The notes beneath the pieces are model-generated. The model saw only the letters and a list, made by a program, of their open reading frames with translations. It ran no database searches and was not told the DNA's origin. From Squalus acanthias (taxonomy: Eukaryota): 64,000 bases of DNA. The position numbers and the translations under genes were made by a program. Shown one piece after another: positions 1 through 12,953 of this stretch. The DNA is taken from assembly GCA_030390025.1 (NCBI GenBank), contig CM059432.1, positions 103,480,001 to 103,544,000 on the forward strand. Direction: 5' to 3'. The number at the start of each line of letters is the position of its first letter. Positions within the stretch are counted from its first letter, which is position 1.

Positions 1-734
1 ATATGCTAATATTGCACAGCGTGAAAGTCCATTACTCATTCTTCTTCTCCCCCCATGCCTCTTGGTTCCTCCCTTGCCCCTGCATGATTAGTTTCAGTCA
101 CTGAGGAAAAAATGAAATACTAAAGATTCGATAAGAATAATGTTTTAGTGTTTATTCTTTTGAGATTTTAAAGTTAGATTATTTGATTTTTGCATGCCAG
201 AAAACAAGATTTTAGAACTCATCATTTTCTGCAGTTTTGTAGGGCCATTGGAGCTCAAACTGTGACATTAGTTTGACATCACCATCACATTACATAATTG
301 ATGATGACTATTTAGAAACTTTTGTTAAACTTCACAGGCCTACCTTTAAACAAAATGGGGCCTGCTACAAATATTTTATTCAACATGACAATTCCATACC
401 AAATAAATTTCCATTTCATGTCATTTTGACATCAGTTTTTCGCATTATATTGAATGTGGGTTATAAACCAACTAGACTGAGCAAAATGATTTGCACCACA
501 CACACAATGCACATCAAAGCTGTGCTGAAAGATTTTAGTTAATATGAAAACATTGTAAGCTTTTTTACTTTCCTGATTTTACAGACACAGAAGAAGAATG
601 AAACCATTGCTCTTTAATGATATATTAGGTTCAAGATTTGTAGTCTGATCAATTTTTGTATGCATATGTGAATCAATTATGGCCTCATTCTATCCTATTT
701 CTAGGTCCCAGAGCCAGGGAAACAATAATAATGG

Positions 735-900
735 TAGTGACACAGTAGAGTAGTCTAGTTGCCTTTTCATTGCAACCCGAGTTCAAGTCCACGCTAGCTT
801 CACAAATGAAAATGCCTTCTTTCTGCTGACTGTAACGTGCTAAGTGGAATGAGCCTGGGCAGTCTCAACCCAGTCCTAATGAAGAAGAGTGGAAGTATAA
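735..900 (+). mobile_element. Highly decayed tRNA-derived SINE relic, LF-SINE-like
   Basis: Box-B-like GAGTTCAAGTCC; downstream GTGGAATGAG...GCAGTCTCAACCCAGTCCTAATG resembles the copy at 7788-8130. Confidence 0.35.
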
Positions 901-3389
901 CCAACAAAGTTACAGGGAAATGCCAGATTGGATTGAAAACGGTGCATGCAGTCTGGGAAAAGAGGAAATATTAGAATACCTCTATAACTGCAGTACCGTT
1001 GAAACACAAATAAAAGTTTTAAAATTATCTCTTAAATGTGCGCTATAACTCGAGATATACTTCAACATGGCCAACAATGGGTCATCTAGTTTCTCATATT
1101 TGAAATATTTATAACATCTCATTGCTTCCCAAGGCAGATCATCTGTATGTATAGAAGAAAGCACTCTTATCTTTGAAAGACTATTATGCACAGCCGCCAC
1201 TTAGTTCTCCTTCCAGGTATACAACATCTGTTGGATAATACCAGATAGTGTAGTTCATTTCATGAAAAATGTAATTTATGATTGGTACAAACTATGGAAA
1301 TATTGTATTAAATTAAAATAGTTTTGTATTTTTCAGAACAATTATAGTTTAGCCTGAAGATGCAAATTTTAAACAAGTGCAGGTTCTATAACTCTTCAGA
1401 ACACATCTCCATTCATTTCCTTTATAAATGCGTCCTTCTTTTACCAAGAGAACTTAACCATTTAAAAAAAAACTAATGTTATTTACAGTTCTAAATGGCT
1501 GAATTAGTAGACAGTGAAGTTAGATTTTAACTTCAGTGACAGTCCACTATAACAAAGTTAAATTGCAGATAATAGTGCTATGCACTTTGACGAAACATTA
1601 AAAATTCATGAGTACAAAGCAACTACATCAAGTGATATACAATATCCTCATGTTGTTTGTAGCTAAGCAATTCTGAGGCTCTGAATTGTGAAACTCTAAT
1701 GCCACAGTATAAATGGAGGCTATTCTGAATGAATTCAGAATTGTACTCTTAAAATTACATACTCCACTGTTCACAAAGAAGCAGGAAAACAGTGATTTTT
1801 TAAAAATTCATATACAAATCTTTGGGAGAATTAGATACATCTTATAATAGAAAAGGGTTACCCTCAGACTTTTTTTTCATTTCTATAAATACATTTTTAA
1901 AATTAAAACATGTTAATAAATGGTCACAAAATTAATATACTGTAAACTGATTTTTAAAAATTTGACGGTCTTTCTTTAGAAATGGTGTGCTCACCAAAAA
2001 TAGCCAGGGAGAGTACAATGCTAATAATTGTATTCTGATATATTCAAAGTGGAAGGCTTTTATAGGCATATTTCTGCCTTCAAGACTCAAGCAGTTTCTT
2101 GGAACAAAAACGCACTTGATTCATCTGGCGTTTCACAATGTATTACAGAGAAAACCTGGTGAGCAGCCAGTTCCCTATAGGGTAATTTTTCCATCCAGAT
2201 GCAAGTGCCATTGAAGGACTCGTCAGCTAAACTAATTACAATCTCGCATTTGCTGATGCCTGCTCACTCCAACATTCAACATTGTCCATTAATCATTGAT
2301 ACAAGGAAAATGAATGCAGCCAAAAGCAATGAGTACTGGTAGACTGCACAGCCATAAAATGTGAAATGACTGTAATAATTTAACTTGATTCTAGAAATAT
2401 TTTCAGTTAGCAATAAACAGCTGAAAAGTCAGTCTCACAATTACCCTTTCAAAACAAGAATACTTCCCCACCCACCCCGCTTCCCCCACCCCACCATCCC
2501 ATCACTAAGTGTTTGTGCCACCACTGGCCACTTTGGGTAATGTGAAAAAGTCAAGACTTTTATTGGAATAAATTGTAAGGTTTAATTAGAATTACAATGC
2601 AATACGTTTGCAACTTTTAAATAGAAAAACTACCAGATCTCGTTACCGGCACGGTAATTATTAATCTAACTAACAAATGATTGCCATGACTAAGTACATT
2701 TCCTCAAGCATTAGTTCATGCTCACAAACAGTTGTAGGGAAAATACATTTCCTTGGCTGTACTGTGGAGGACCATGCTCACTCGCTCTCTCCTCCCTCTC
2801 TTTGCAGAAAGAATGCAGTCAATAAAACTCCACAGATCTAATTACATCCTTTGTGATAGCAACCAGCCAAAACAAAATTAGCATATTCCATGCAACAATA
2901 TTAGCTGCTGTGTAATCACTTGTTGAATCATATTAAGACTCTGAGGATATTAACCTTTCATTCATGATGTCTGTAACGCACGATAGTTATCGAATAAGTA
3001 CGTCACGCAGAAAACATTTAAGTTGTTCCTTTGTGTGAAGTACCGTGCACAATCATCATCATTGTGGAACAACTTGGAAGGAATAATTTCTTGTGCTTAT
3101 GGTAATAAAATTAACTACATTGCGATATTATTCATGATGTCAAAGACAGAAGTGTCAGAAAGCTAGAAATTATTTTCTTTATTATATAAAGATAATCTAA
3201 TAATCTTGGCAGTGTAGAATTAACTTTCCTTCTGAGCCTTGTTTTGAAGAAAAATACAGGATTTGGTTCTAACAGAACGGCTTTGTGTGGCTTGCATCCT
3301 ACACACTGTTGGGTAATTTAGTCAAGTACTTGGAGGGAAAATGCAATAATTTTTAATTGTACAGAAGTAAGGGTCTCAGGAGTGATTAG

Positions 3390-4000
3390 ACCAGCTAAGT
3401 GAGGTAATAGGCTGTCCCCATCAAATACCTCACGTACACGACTTCCTGTTCAATTACCAACTTGTCTGCACTGCCATCTGCAAAAACTAATACATATCTT
3501 GTTCTGCCAGTTTCTGCTTTTGCAGTTTCATTAGCTGGCTGCAGCTGCTGTAGAAGAAAGCTCCAATTGTCTTTGTTTTTCCCAAGTGCAAGCCCATTTT
3601 TCTCCCTGCCACGCACATCATTTCAAGGTAGAGCATTGTCTTTACTGGGGCGCAGAGCAAAGGAACGGTATTCTGCACAATCTGAGCTTGCTGTTTTTTC
3701 CAAAGTAATTTCATGTCCAGCATGAGCAAAATGGTATCCGGTGTCTGCTACAGTCCAGCTTATACCATGCATTTACCAGTGATGTCTGACTCACCAATGT
3801 CAGACACAGGGTGTCGAGTAGACTTGCCCACTCTCCAAATGGTCTTTACATGAGCTCTGATATCTTTTAATTTAAATACTTTTTCCCAGAAGAAAATATC
3901 AAGACATACTGAAGTGACTGTTGTAAAACATCTGGCTACAATATTGGATATCAGTTTCCAGCCATCGAGTCCTTTCACCTGGGAATGGTTTGTGCATGAT
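3390..4000 (-). pseudogene. Fossil hAT-superfamily transposase fragment (ZNF862-like)
   Basis: Minus-strand peptide YVLVFADGSADKLVIEQEVVYVRYL matches the hAT first catalytic-Asp region (D-x-S-x-D...EQ...YVRY); upstream FKLKDIRAHVK resembles the N-terminal Zn-finger region; frameshifted. Confidence 0.6.
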
Positions 4001-4414
4001 TCACTCCCCTAATTTTTCCCCTTAAAGCACATATCTTGGCTTTTCGCATTACAGCATGGTATGTTGAAATGTCAATCTAATATCTTTAAGATATGAACAG
4101 ATGTCAGACTTCATGTCAAATGTCAAATGTTCAGACTCCAGATGTTTAATGTCCAGACTTCGCTACACTAGTTTTTGTTTTAATTATACCAGATTGTCAT
4201 TGCACTTCCATAGCTTATAGAAATATTTTTTTTAAATTTCATGTAAATGTTATACTAATGAGCTGCTGTACTGACACACTTTCATTAGATTTTAATGCGA
4301 TGTAACACTTTATTTTCATTGGATTTAAATTCCATAAGCTTATTGTTGTTCTTAATGCTTTTCAATTTTGTTAAGTGTGCTAATGCAAGTCAGATGATAA
4401 AAAAAATTAAATTG

Positions 4415-4720
4415 TTCAATCCCTGGTCTGTGATCTTGGCTCGGGCAGCAGTTGCACTGTAATGAGAAGGGGCAAAGAAAAACCAGCCAGTGTTTCTGCT
4501 CCTGATTTCTATCCAGGGACCCAGCGAAAGCCACTGCCTTCACAAGGGGCAGGGAATTAGAGGTAATAAAAACAGAAAATGCTGGAAATACTCAGGAGGT
4601 CAGGCAGCATCTGTGGAGAGAGAAACAGAGTTAACGTTTCAGGTCGATGACCTTTTGTCAGGGACCCAGCAAAAGCCGCTGCCTTCACAAGGGGCAGGGA
4701 ATTAGAGGTGTATGTTTGTG
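4415..4720 (+). mobile_element. Fragment of an ancient SINE family (tentatively AmnSINE2/LmeSINE-like), interrupted by a Penelope fragment
   Basis: GTTCAATCCCTGGTCTGTG...CAGCCAG.GTTTCTGCTCCTGAT...ATCCAG.GACC also present in the copies near 10010, 24820, 28820 and 36745. Confidence 0.45.
4565..4661 (-). mobile_element. Solo Penelope-like pLTR 3' fragment with hammerhead motif
   Basis: Near-identical to the pLTR ends at 46547-46643 and 28304-28407; minus strand reads CTGACAA-AAGGTC-ATC-GACCT-GAAACGTTAACT; flanked by a 51-bp duplication. Confidence 0.85.
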
Positions 4721-5031
4721 AGGGATATTATATGGGCACTTTGGGCAGGTGTTCCATTCGCAAGATCCAGGATAATTAAAAACTTTTAACAGATACATGG
4801 GTAACAGTGTTCTTCATCGTTCCTCATTAGTGTCAATCTGTTCAACTTGCAGTTATATACACTATAACAATATTCCTTTAAATTGTGTTGCTCTCATATT
4901 TTAAAATCCTCTTGTGTCTTCTAAATATAAGAGGAGAAGGTATTTTAGTACTCAAGGTAAGAGATATTGGTGCTAGAGAATAGAACAGTGTAGGTACAGC
5001 ACAGCCAGACGCAGAGTAACCATTGCACTCA

Positions 5032-5151
5032 GAAACATAGAAGCAGGAGTGGGCCATTCGGCCCTTCGAGCCTGCTCCGCCATTCAATATCATGGCTGAT
5101 CCTCTATCTCAATACCATATTCCTGCTCTCTCCCCATACCCCTTGATGCCT
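5032..5151 (-). mobile_element. CR1 LINE 3' end (5'-truncated)
   Basis: Reverse complement of the CR1 end ATCAGCCATGAT...GGAGCAGGCTCGAAGGGCCGAATGGCC.ACTCCTGCT...CTATGTTTC seen at 42900-43048. Confidence 0.85.
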
Positions 5152-5164
5152 TGCTGTTTATTGC

Positions 5165-6180
5165 AATGCGCCCTCTCTACCATGGGCCATCACACGTATG
5201 CTCTCAACCTCTTTCTTCTACAGCGTCAGCTCAATGCACATCGTAACTGTCCTCGTCCTCAGTCCCGAATTATGTTTTGTCTCATTAAGCGCTTTAACAA
5301 AAAAATACCTTTCTTCCTTTCCCGCAGTAAGGACCAGAAACTCAAACAATTCTTGGATGCCAGAGAATCCACATGATCTCTCTTCCCCTTCACTTTACTC
5401 TGACCATCTCTCTCCCAATTTCACCCATTGCCACATTTTCACTATACCCTCTGACCGTCTCCTTTTTGACCATTGACAATCAGCCCTCAGGCAAGAGCCT
5501 CAGTTTCATCCCCATCTTAATGAATTCAATGTTCAACATGATGCTAAGCTCTTTTGCCATCTCCACCTTCATGTCTGTGTGTTTCTGGCCAGGAGGCTCC
5601 TCCCAACTCCAGATACGAACCCTTACTCCGGATCCTCCCGGAACCCTCCAGCTCTGGCTTTTTGCCCTCTTGTCTACCTTTTCCTTGAGAATTGCTGCCA
5701 AATCAGTTTCTTCACTCCCCTTACTCACTCTTTCCACTCCCTTTACTCACTCTAATCTATCTCACTCTAAACTTGGAAGTGTGCCATTCTGAGTTCTAAC
5801 CTAACGTCATCAAACCTGCTGACAAAGGGGGCACTGTTGTTATATGGCAGAAGAACCTTTGCCTGGCTGAGGCGGAATGCCAAACTCTCTGATGACTCCT
5901 CCTATTTCCCTCTAGACCATGACCTCACCACCAAACACTAAATCCTTATTTCCCAGACTGTTATCGATATCATCTATTCCAGAGATCCCCCCCCACATTG
6001 CCTCCAACCTCCTAGTTCCTCAACCTTGCAGAACCTATTTCTATCTCCTCTTCAAAATACATAAACAGCACTGTCCCGGTCGATCGATTGTTCATCTTGC
6101 TCTTGTCCAACCAAACTAATTTCCTCTTATCTTCCCCCACCCCCAACCCCCGGTCAGTCTCTAACTATCTACATTGATGA
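5165..6180 (+). pseudogene. Decayed Penelope-like element ORF, N-terminal and start of RT region
   Basis: Broken frames give IFTIPSD...GKSLSFIP, NLSHSKL, VIKPADKGGTVVIW, DHD.TTKH and CPGRSIV, typical PLE motifs (KPADKG, PGRPIV). Confidence 0.8.
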
Positions 6181-7231
6181 TTCTGCTTTTGTGGGATGAA
6201 CAAATGGTCTTGTGAACAGATACCATGAATGACGTACTACTTTTGGTTCACAGGAGACACGTTCCTGGGGAAGGGTTTGCAATAGAGCTGCGGCCATAAG
6301 AGAATAGATAAAACTTGCCCAATGCAGATAATCAAGAAATAAAATCAACCAGGTCTAGGATTTGTGGGCTGGGATCTGGCCCTCAATGTAGAAACTTTCA
6401 CTCTTATTTAATTGCAGTGCGGTTTAAGAGAGCAAAAATATTCAAAATTCCACTTGAGGTCAAAATTATTTTTTGGAAATTAAAAGAAATACTCCTGGAA
6501 TTTAATTACCATGTACACTGAAAATCAAATAATTGTGCAGTGCACATTTATGGGAATTGCACTTATGCATAGTCAAAGAAACAAAATGCTGTAGGCCATA
6601 ACTTGTTAGACTTAAGTCCTCAGGTACCAAACAGCAGTCGCTACAGGTTAGAAGTATGACAAATTATGACCTACAGCGAACCTAGGTTGAAGGTCCGAAA
6701 ACAAAATCTCAATTCAACCAGCTGGGCAAAAGAGGCACCTTCCTGTGAGCTTTGAGACGGCTACCTCAAAATGATCACTCAATCACTACCCTGCTGGAAG
6801 GACACATGTGTGGATGGCAGATAGCATTGGACTTTCGCTCTGATCTGTACTGAGTTAGCTGACATCAGCCAGAGTGGCAGAAAATATGTAAATAGGAAAT
6901 ATATAAAGTCAACTGTAATTTGATACTCTTCCTCAAGCCAAGTACTCCCTTAACTGCTCCCATTACTTATGGATACAAGAGACTGCATTGACTCTGTGGT
7001 CTACTTCCTGCCATGCTTACTGCACAATGGCTCTGGGAAGAAGGTTCTTTTCTGCCCCAAAATTGAAGACCTTCCTCTGTTGTACCTCCTCCAGCAACAC
7101 ATCCAGTGGCTTCTCAACAGAGGAGGCAGTTCTGGCACTTGAGCCACGGTGACATCTCGCCTTCTCCCCAACAGTTATCTGAAATCAAAAGGAGCAGCAG
7201 TCCTTTCAGAGCTGCCGCTCACTAGATTCTG

Positions 7232-7360
7232 GCCCTTTGCTGCCGTGTTTCCTACATTACAACAGTGACTATACTTCAAAAAGTACTTCATTGGCTGTAA
7301 AGTTCTTTGGGACGTACTGAGGGCATGAACGGTGCTATATAAATGCAAGTTCTCTCTCTC
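7232..7360 (+). mobile_element. SacSINE1/DeuSINE-type SINE 3' portion
   Basis: TTTCCTACATTACAACAGTGACTA.ACTTCAAAAGTACTTCATTGGCTGTAAAG...GCTATATAAATGCAAGT tail shared with the copies at 29521 and 54742. Confidence 0.8.
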
Positions 7361-7787
7361 ATTCTTTGCAGCCGCAGCACTCTTGTGCATGTGTAAAATA
7401 TGCAGGGTTTATATTAATTACAAGACTCTGTGATCCCTGCTGGAAGGACAAGGATGAATGTCAGGCAAGGGTAGGTTCGGGCTGGTCTCTGAAGCCCCAA
7501 CGGTCAAATAAAATGCCAATCCTTAATGTATAGCTCAGACATGAATAATGACCTCTTGGGTGAAGATGGTGACCAAGTCCAAAATTGAAAGGAGAGGACA
7601 GAATAAATGCAGGGCAAAGCTTGAGTTTTGACATTTGCTTTGCTGATCAGGAAAGTTTGTTGAAGACTTTAATAATGTCTTCACATTATAAGTGGAACGA
7701 AAGAATCCCATTTTTAAAATCTGATTTTTAGTGGCTAGTTTTCACTTCAGAAATTTTCAGACACAATTGAAAACCAGATGGCTGGAG

Positions 7788-8130
7788 CTGGGTAGCACTG
7801 TGGGTTAGATGTTGGTCTTCCACCTCCGAGGCAGGAGTTCAGATCCAGGTCAGACTGATGGAATGACAGCTGCAAAGTTCATATGTGGAATGGGTTTGGG
7901 TAGACTTCATCCAGTTCCTAGTGGGCATGGGCCTACAAGTAAAAGTGGCCCTATTTCAACATTAACTGGGAATGTGACATGCTTAAGGATGCTTGATTTA
8001 AGCAATGAATAATTGCTACACTGGTGTACTAGGCATTGAAGCTGAGGCACATTGTTGGGGCAGACTAGAGACAGCTTTGCTCTGCAACTTGGCTGTGCTG
8101 TACCTGACCTAGGGGGTACTAGATGCCTGA
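7788..8130 (+). mobile_element. Ancient tRNA-derived SINE, LF-SINE-like
   Basis: tRNA-like head (GAGTTCAGATCC box B), central TATGTGGAATG...TCCAGTTCCTAGTGG and 3' CTGTGCTGTACCTG resemble LF-SINE as recalled. Confidence 0.5.
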
Positions 8131-9053
8131 AATGAAAGTGTTTTATTCCCCAGACCTGGCAGCCCTTACAACAATGAGCACAAAAAAAATAAGAACTGCC
8201 TAGTCTAAAACTGGACAGGTGGCAATCCCACAAGGAGCCATATATCCTGTAATACCTTCAGAGAGGAGGAAGTGCAGAAAACTGGTCAGAAACAAAGCAC
8301 TTATTTATTACAAGTAAGATTTACAAGCTAAATATTGAAGACCAGTTAATGAAACCATGCTGGAGGAAGGGAACAGGAGATTGCTGTACTATCCTTAAAT
8401 AAGTTCAGTTACTAGATTTCACAGCCAATGATATAGTACTTATTTTAAACTGTAAAGACAGTGATAGACAGAGAAATGGATAACACATGGACTGAAGAGA
8501 TTGTTTCCAGCACTAACAATATTCACTGAAAGAACGTCTGCAATTACTGTGGCCTCATTTCCATATCCTGAATCCCAACATTAACTCGGGGGGGAAAAAA
8601 CCTGAAAGAAATCCTTTAAATTAATAAAAAATGATTACCACTGATACTCATTATGGATTCAATTTCAGTTTACAGGGAACTGGTTGCCCTGAATGCTCTG
8701 TGACAAATTCAATAACAAGTCTGCTTCCAATTACAGATTGCCAGTTCTGGTACTGAAGGAAGTCCCTAGCTGATTAAAGATTGACATACTGAAACTGTGC
8801 TACTATATAGATACAAAACTATTTACAAAACAATTTCATTAGTCTGAGCCACTGACCTCTCCTGATTAGTTGAGTTCCACACCATTAAGCACGTATATGT
8901 TATAACACAGCTCTCGTATTGTTAGCACTGATGGGCTACATGCGCTCTAATTTCATTTGTGGTCTATGATCCTAAAGACTATAAAATAGCTCTTGCCTGT
9001 CCTGAAATAACATTAAATGGATATAGCTACAGAAATGTCATGTGTGTGACTTT

Positions 9054-9509
9054 GGGGTAGGAATTGGTGTGAGTTGCACCTGTTTTACCAATTTAGCAGT
9101 GGGACAGCCTGCACTCAATCTGCTAACTTTGGGCGGCTAACTTTTTTTGGGCAGCCTGAGCATAGCGCCTGTTAAAGGACCCCTCTTCAAAAGAAGTCAG
9201 CAATGAGCGGGGTAGGCGTCAGGCCTGCCGCCCCAGTTAGGATTCTTCAGTGGCCCCCACAGCTGCCAACTACAGGCAAGTTGTAAAAAATGTTCTTTAT
9301 TTTTATAAAAACCCTTCCTTTGGAGCCAGGAGGAGCAGGAGTTCTCCCCCGGCTCCACAAGCGAGCGACCCACCCCCACCACACCCCGTAACCCGCTCCA
9401 ACCCCCTCTTGGGCCTTACCGGAGAGCCGCTGTCAGCATTGTGGCGGCCCGACATGGATATCCGCCTCGCCAGCGAGCTGCCTGCTGGTTTAATTTAAAT
9501 TCCTACCCC
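9054..9509. mobile_element. Non-autonomous DNA transposon (MITE), PIF/Harbinger-like
   Basis: Perfect 12-bp TIRs GGGGTAGGAATT...AATTCCTACCCC, TTT on both flanks, GC-rich interior. Confidence 0.65.
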
Positions 9510-10009
9510 TTTATGTTTTAATATTTATTTTAAAGAGGAAAGATTTACTTTAAATACTAGCAGATCTCCTGTGGTGTTGTTCATGAGAAATCAGATGATA
9601 TGCTGTTTTAAAAGGAATGAAACATTTCACCACGTAGTACACAATATTATTTTGCTATTAAACTGAAGCCGTGATAAAGCCCAAGACTAATTGCTGTTAA
9701 GTAAACATTGGGTGAGGTCTGAGTTTTATTGCTTTTCAAGGTCACAGGTCAGAACTCTAGTTGTCTTTTAGGTAATATCAAAGTTTGTGGACTTTGAAGT
9801 TTTAATTCCTGAAGGATTTTCTCAAGTTTTTCTCAAACCACCTTTGTTTTTTTTTTATTTTTAAAGTGTGACAGGAAGGAAAGGCACGATACATGGGCAT
9901 TTTTATTGTATTGGATTATATACTTTATTTATTCATTAAAATAAGGAGTTGATGTATCTTTGTCTCTCTTGGAAGGAAATACTATTTCCTTAAATCATTT
10001 TAAAAAAAT

Positions 10010-10380
10010 TATTTTGCCCTCCTCCAAAAATTTCCTCCCCTTTTCTCCTGAAGGTAATGACTCTTGCTGGAGTATGGTTCCACAGGTGTGGTAGCCCTTC
10101 AATACCTCACTTAAGCGGCTATTCCCTATGTGAGTCTGGGTAGTCAGTGATAGAGGCTATTCAATCACAGAGGTCATCGCAGCTAAACCCAATCCTGTTC
10201 ACTAATGTCTACATTCTAGTAGGTGTAACTGGATTACGCTGGGGGAATAGGAAGCGTGGCTGCACTCTTTAGACCAAGGGCAGAGGCCAATAACAGTATC
10301 CTAACTGCTGCCCTAGCTAAAAATCAGAGATTGAGGATCAAACCTAGGCCTGAATGGCTAAGCTCTATACCATGTCGTAC
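10010..10380 (-). mobile_element. Ancient SINE copy (same family as 28820-29200)
   Basis: Reverse complement shows shared blocks (GAATAGCC.CTTAAG.GAGGTATTG, GGAACCATAC.CCAGCAAGAGTCA...CTTCAGGAGA). Confidence 0.55.
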
Positions 10381-10394
10381 AATTAGTTAGTGTA

Positions 10395-11900
10395 CAAAGG
10401 ATTGGCTGAGATGGTTAATCAGTATTTTTCCTCAGTTTTTACAAATGAGGGTGAAGCCAAGTTTGCAAGAGTACTAGAGGAGAAACCACTAATAGATATA
10501 TTTAATATTACAAAGGAAACTACATTAAACCCGGTAATGAGATACAAGAAACCAGGTCCAGAGGGAGTTTAGTGATCAAATACAGATGTACTAACCAGAA
10601 TTTTCCAGAATTCTTTGGAAACAAATACTGAACTGGAGGGTGGTGAATGCCACATCCCTGTTCGAAAAAGGGGAAAGGGATAAAGCAGGTAACTACAGAC
10701 CAGTTAGCCTCATGTCAGTAATAGCAAAACTACTAGACTATAATAAGGGATAACATTAGTGAACACTTAGAAAGGTGTGGACCAATCAGGGCCGGGGCAT
10801 TCAACATGGACTTAGAGAACTCATGATACTCGACTAATTTAATCAAATTCTTTCTGGAAATTACCAAGCATATAGTCAAAGGGAACAGAGTATATATGAC
10901 ATACTTGGATTTGATAACGTGCAACACAAGAGACTTATTGTTAAGATTAAGGCCCATGGTAATAAACTGATGGTACAGATACAGTGATTGCTAAATGCTA
11001 AAGGATAAAAAGCAGATCATCAGATTTTAAAAATATTACCCAGGCTGACCAAATATTGCTAGTGGAGCACAAAGGATTGGTGTTGAAATCTTGTTTGTTC
11101 TCCAGACACACAAAATTATTTGGATTTGGGCTTAGAAGGAATACTGTAATATCAACATTTTTCAATGATTCCAAATTCAAACTGTAAGGAGGAATGTGTA
11201 AGACTGTAGGATATTGAGATATTGTGAAATGGTAAGACATGTGGTAAATACAGTTCAATATATTTTGAGGATAAAGGGAATGGAAATATACCCTAAATGG
11301 TAAAACTCTCAATGCAGTGGTGAAAGGGAGAGATCCAAGAATACAAATACAGAAATTTTTAAATGCAAGATTTCAAGTGGAAGAGGCCAATAAAAGGTGC
11401 AGATAGGATTCTGGGTTTGAAATAAACAGCTATTGAATACTAAAGCCAGGATCTGGTGGTAAATCTATTCAAGACATTGTGGAGAGTGATAGAGAGCCTT
11501 GTGCAATTTTGGCTCACAATATAAAGGATATTAGAGCCATAGAAAAGATGCAATGTGGATTCACTTGCATGATATTAGGGATGAAGGAATTGTAATTATG
11601 AGGAGAGACTTGAAAAAAACTAGGGCTGTATTCATTAAATCAGAGGTGGTTAGTGGTGGCAGGGGTCTAATAGACGCATTCAAAATTATGAAAGGGCTCG
11701 AGAGGGTAAATAGTGAAAGATCATTTGCATGATACTTTAAGATCAAAACCTGAAAAAGAAAAATATTAAACGTTATAGGGAAAAGAAGAGATAAAGCATT
11801 AGAGTTGACAGCTCCAGTGTGGAGCTAGCACTAGCACAGGAAGAGGCAGGGTGGACCAAATAGGCACCTTTTGTGTTGAGATTTTTAGGATGCCATGATT
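10395..11900 (+). mobile_element. Old, heavily decayed CR1 LINE (RT region to 3' end)
   Basis: Remnant peptides LAEMVNQYFSSVFT, PLFEKGERDKAGNYRPVSL and YLD; CR1-like tail near 11830-11900; many indels. Confidence 0.8.
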
Positions 11901-12016
11901 TATCCACTAAGCCATCTGTGGAGATATATATGGATAATGAAAATATAGATTTTTAATATAACAAATTCACTTTTAAACCAACCTTTTCCACACTATTTTC
12001 AGGTCAATGAGATTCT

Positions 12017-12153
12017 AGCTCGGAATTTCCTTCCAGTTGCACATGCTCCGCCACCGTAACTTTCCCAGAGGAGCAGCGGAAACCCCGTTTTCACCACACG
12101 GCCGCAAAGTTATGGTGGCAGAGCGGGAGCAGCTCTGAGCAAATGTCAGCCCT
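12017..12153. mobile_element. Small palindromic MITE remnant
   Basis: Internal inverted repeat CTCCGCCACCGTAACTTT / AAAGTTATGGTGGCAGAG and degenerate terminal inverted ends. Confidence 0.4.
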
Positions 12154-12852
12154 ATGCCAAATGAATACACCTCACGCTAACTGGAAAATATAGAGAAACT
12201 GCAGATAATCAGGAACATGCAACTGCAGTTCTCGCAACTGTTCCATGTGGGGTAGTGGGAATGTCGTTCCTCATTAATTTAAACAAAAGGTCTTTGGTTT
12301 TTCTCTTTGGTCAGATATATCGTTTTATTTGGCAGTTTTTTTCTTGGTGGTAAAATTGCATTATCAGCAACTCTTCCTAAAGGCACAATGCTCCTTTAAA
12401 CATTGTGAAGAATTCTATTCTTTTAAGGAGTGTGGGTGTGGACACTGACACATTATGGCTCGAGGCACCAGAGTTATTCCAAGCGCACCACCAGAAAAAT
12501 ATGAAACAATTAATTTAAATGGACGTGGTCAATACTAAATACATTGGAATTCAAGGGAGGAAACAACCTTGCATCATTCACGTAAATGCTGCAAACATTT
12601 CCTCAGAAATAAGGGGAGGGGACGGGAGGGGCTCATTTAAAAAAAAACATTTATAAATATCTAATCTCAACTTTTGATGCACCGAGGACTGGAATGCAAA
12701 TTTGAGAAAAAAGGCGGAGGAAAAGGGATTTTGTACAGGGTAAAGCGGAAAAAATGGGTTGGAGGAGAGTAGGGCAAGGAGGCATGGTCAAGGAATTACA
12801 ATTTCTTTATTGCAACAAACCATTTTCATGACGTTTGGCAAGCTACATTATA

Positions 12853-12953
12853 AAAAGAACTTGCATTTATATAGCGCCTTCACGACCTCAGGATGTCCCA
12901 AAGTGCTTTACAGCCAATGAAGTACTTTTGAAGTGCAGTCACTGTTGTAATAC
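12853..12953 (-). mobile_element. SacSINE1-type SINE 3' tail
   Basis: ACTTGCATTTATATAGCGCCTT...CAGCCAATGAAGTACTTTTGAAGTG. Confidence 0.8.

Noticed and set aside
980..1142. Candidate minus-strand exon (DDLPWEAMRCYKYFKYEKLDDPLL...)
   Set aside because: Acceptor plausible, but the frame stops just before the best donor and the peptide is unrecognised
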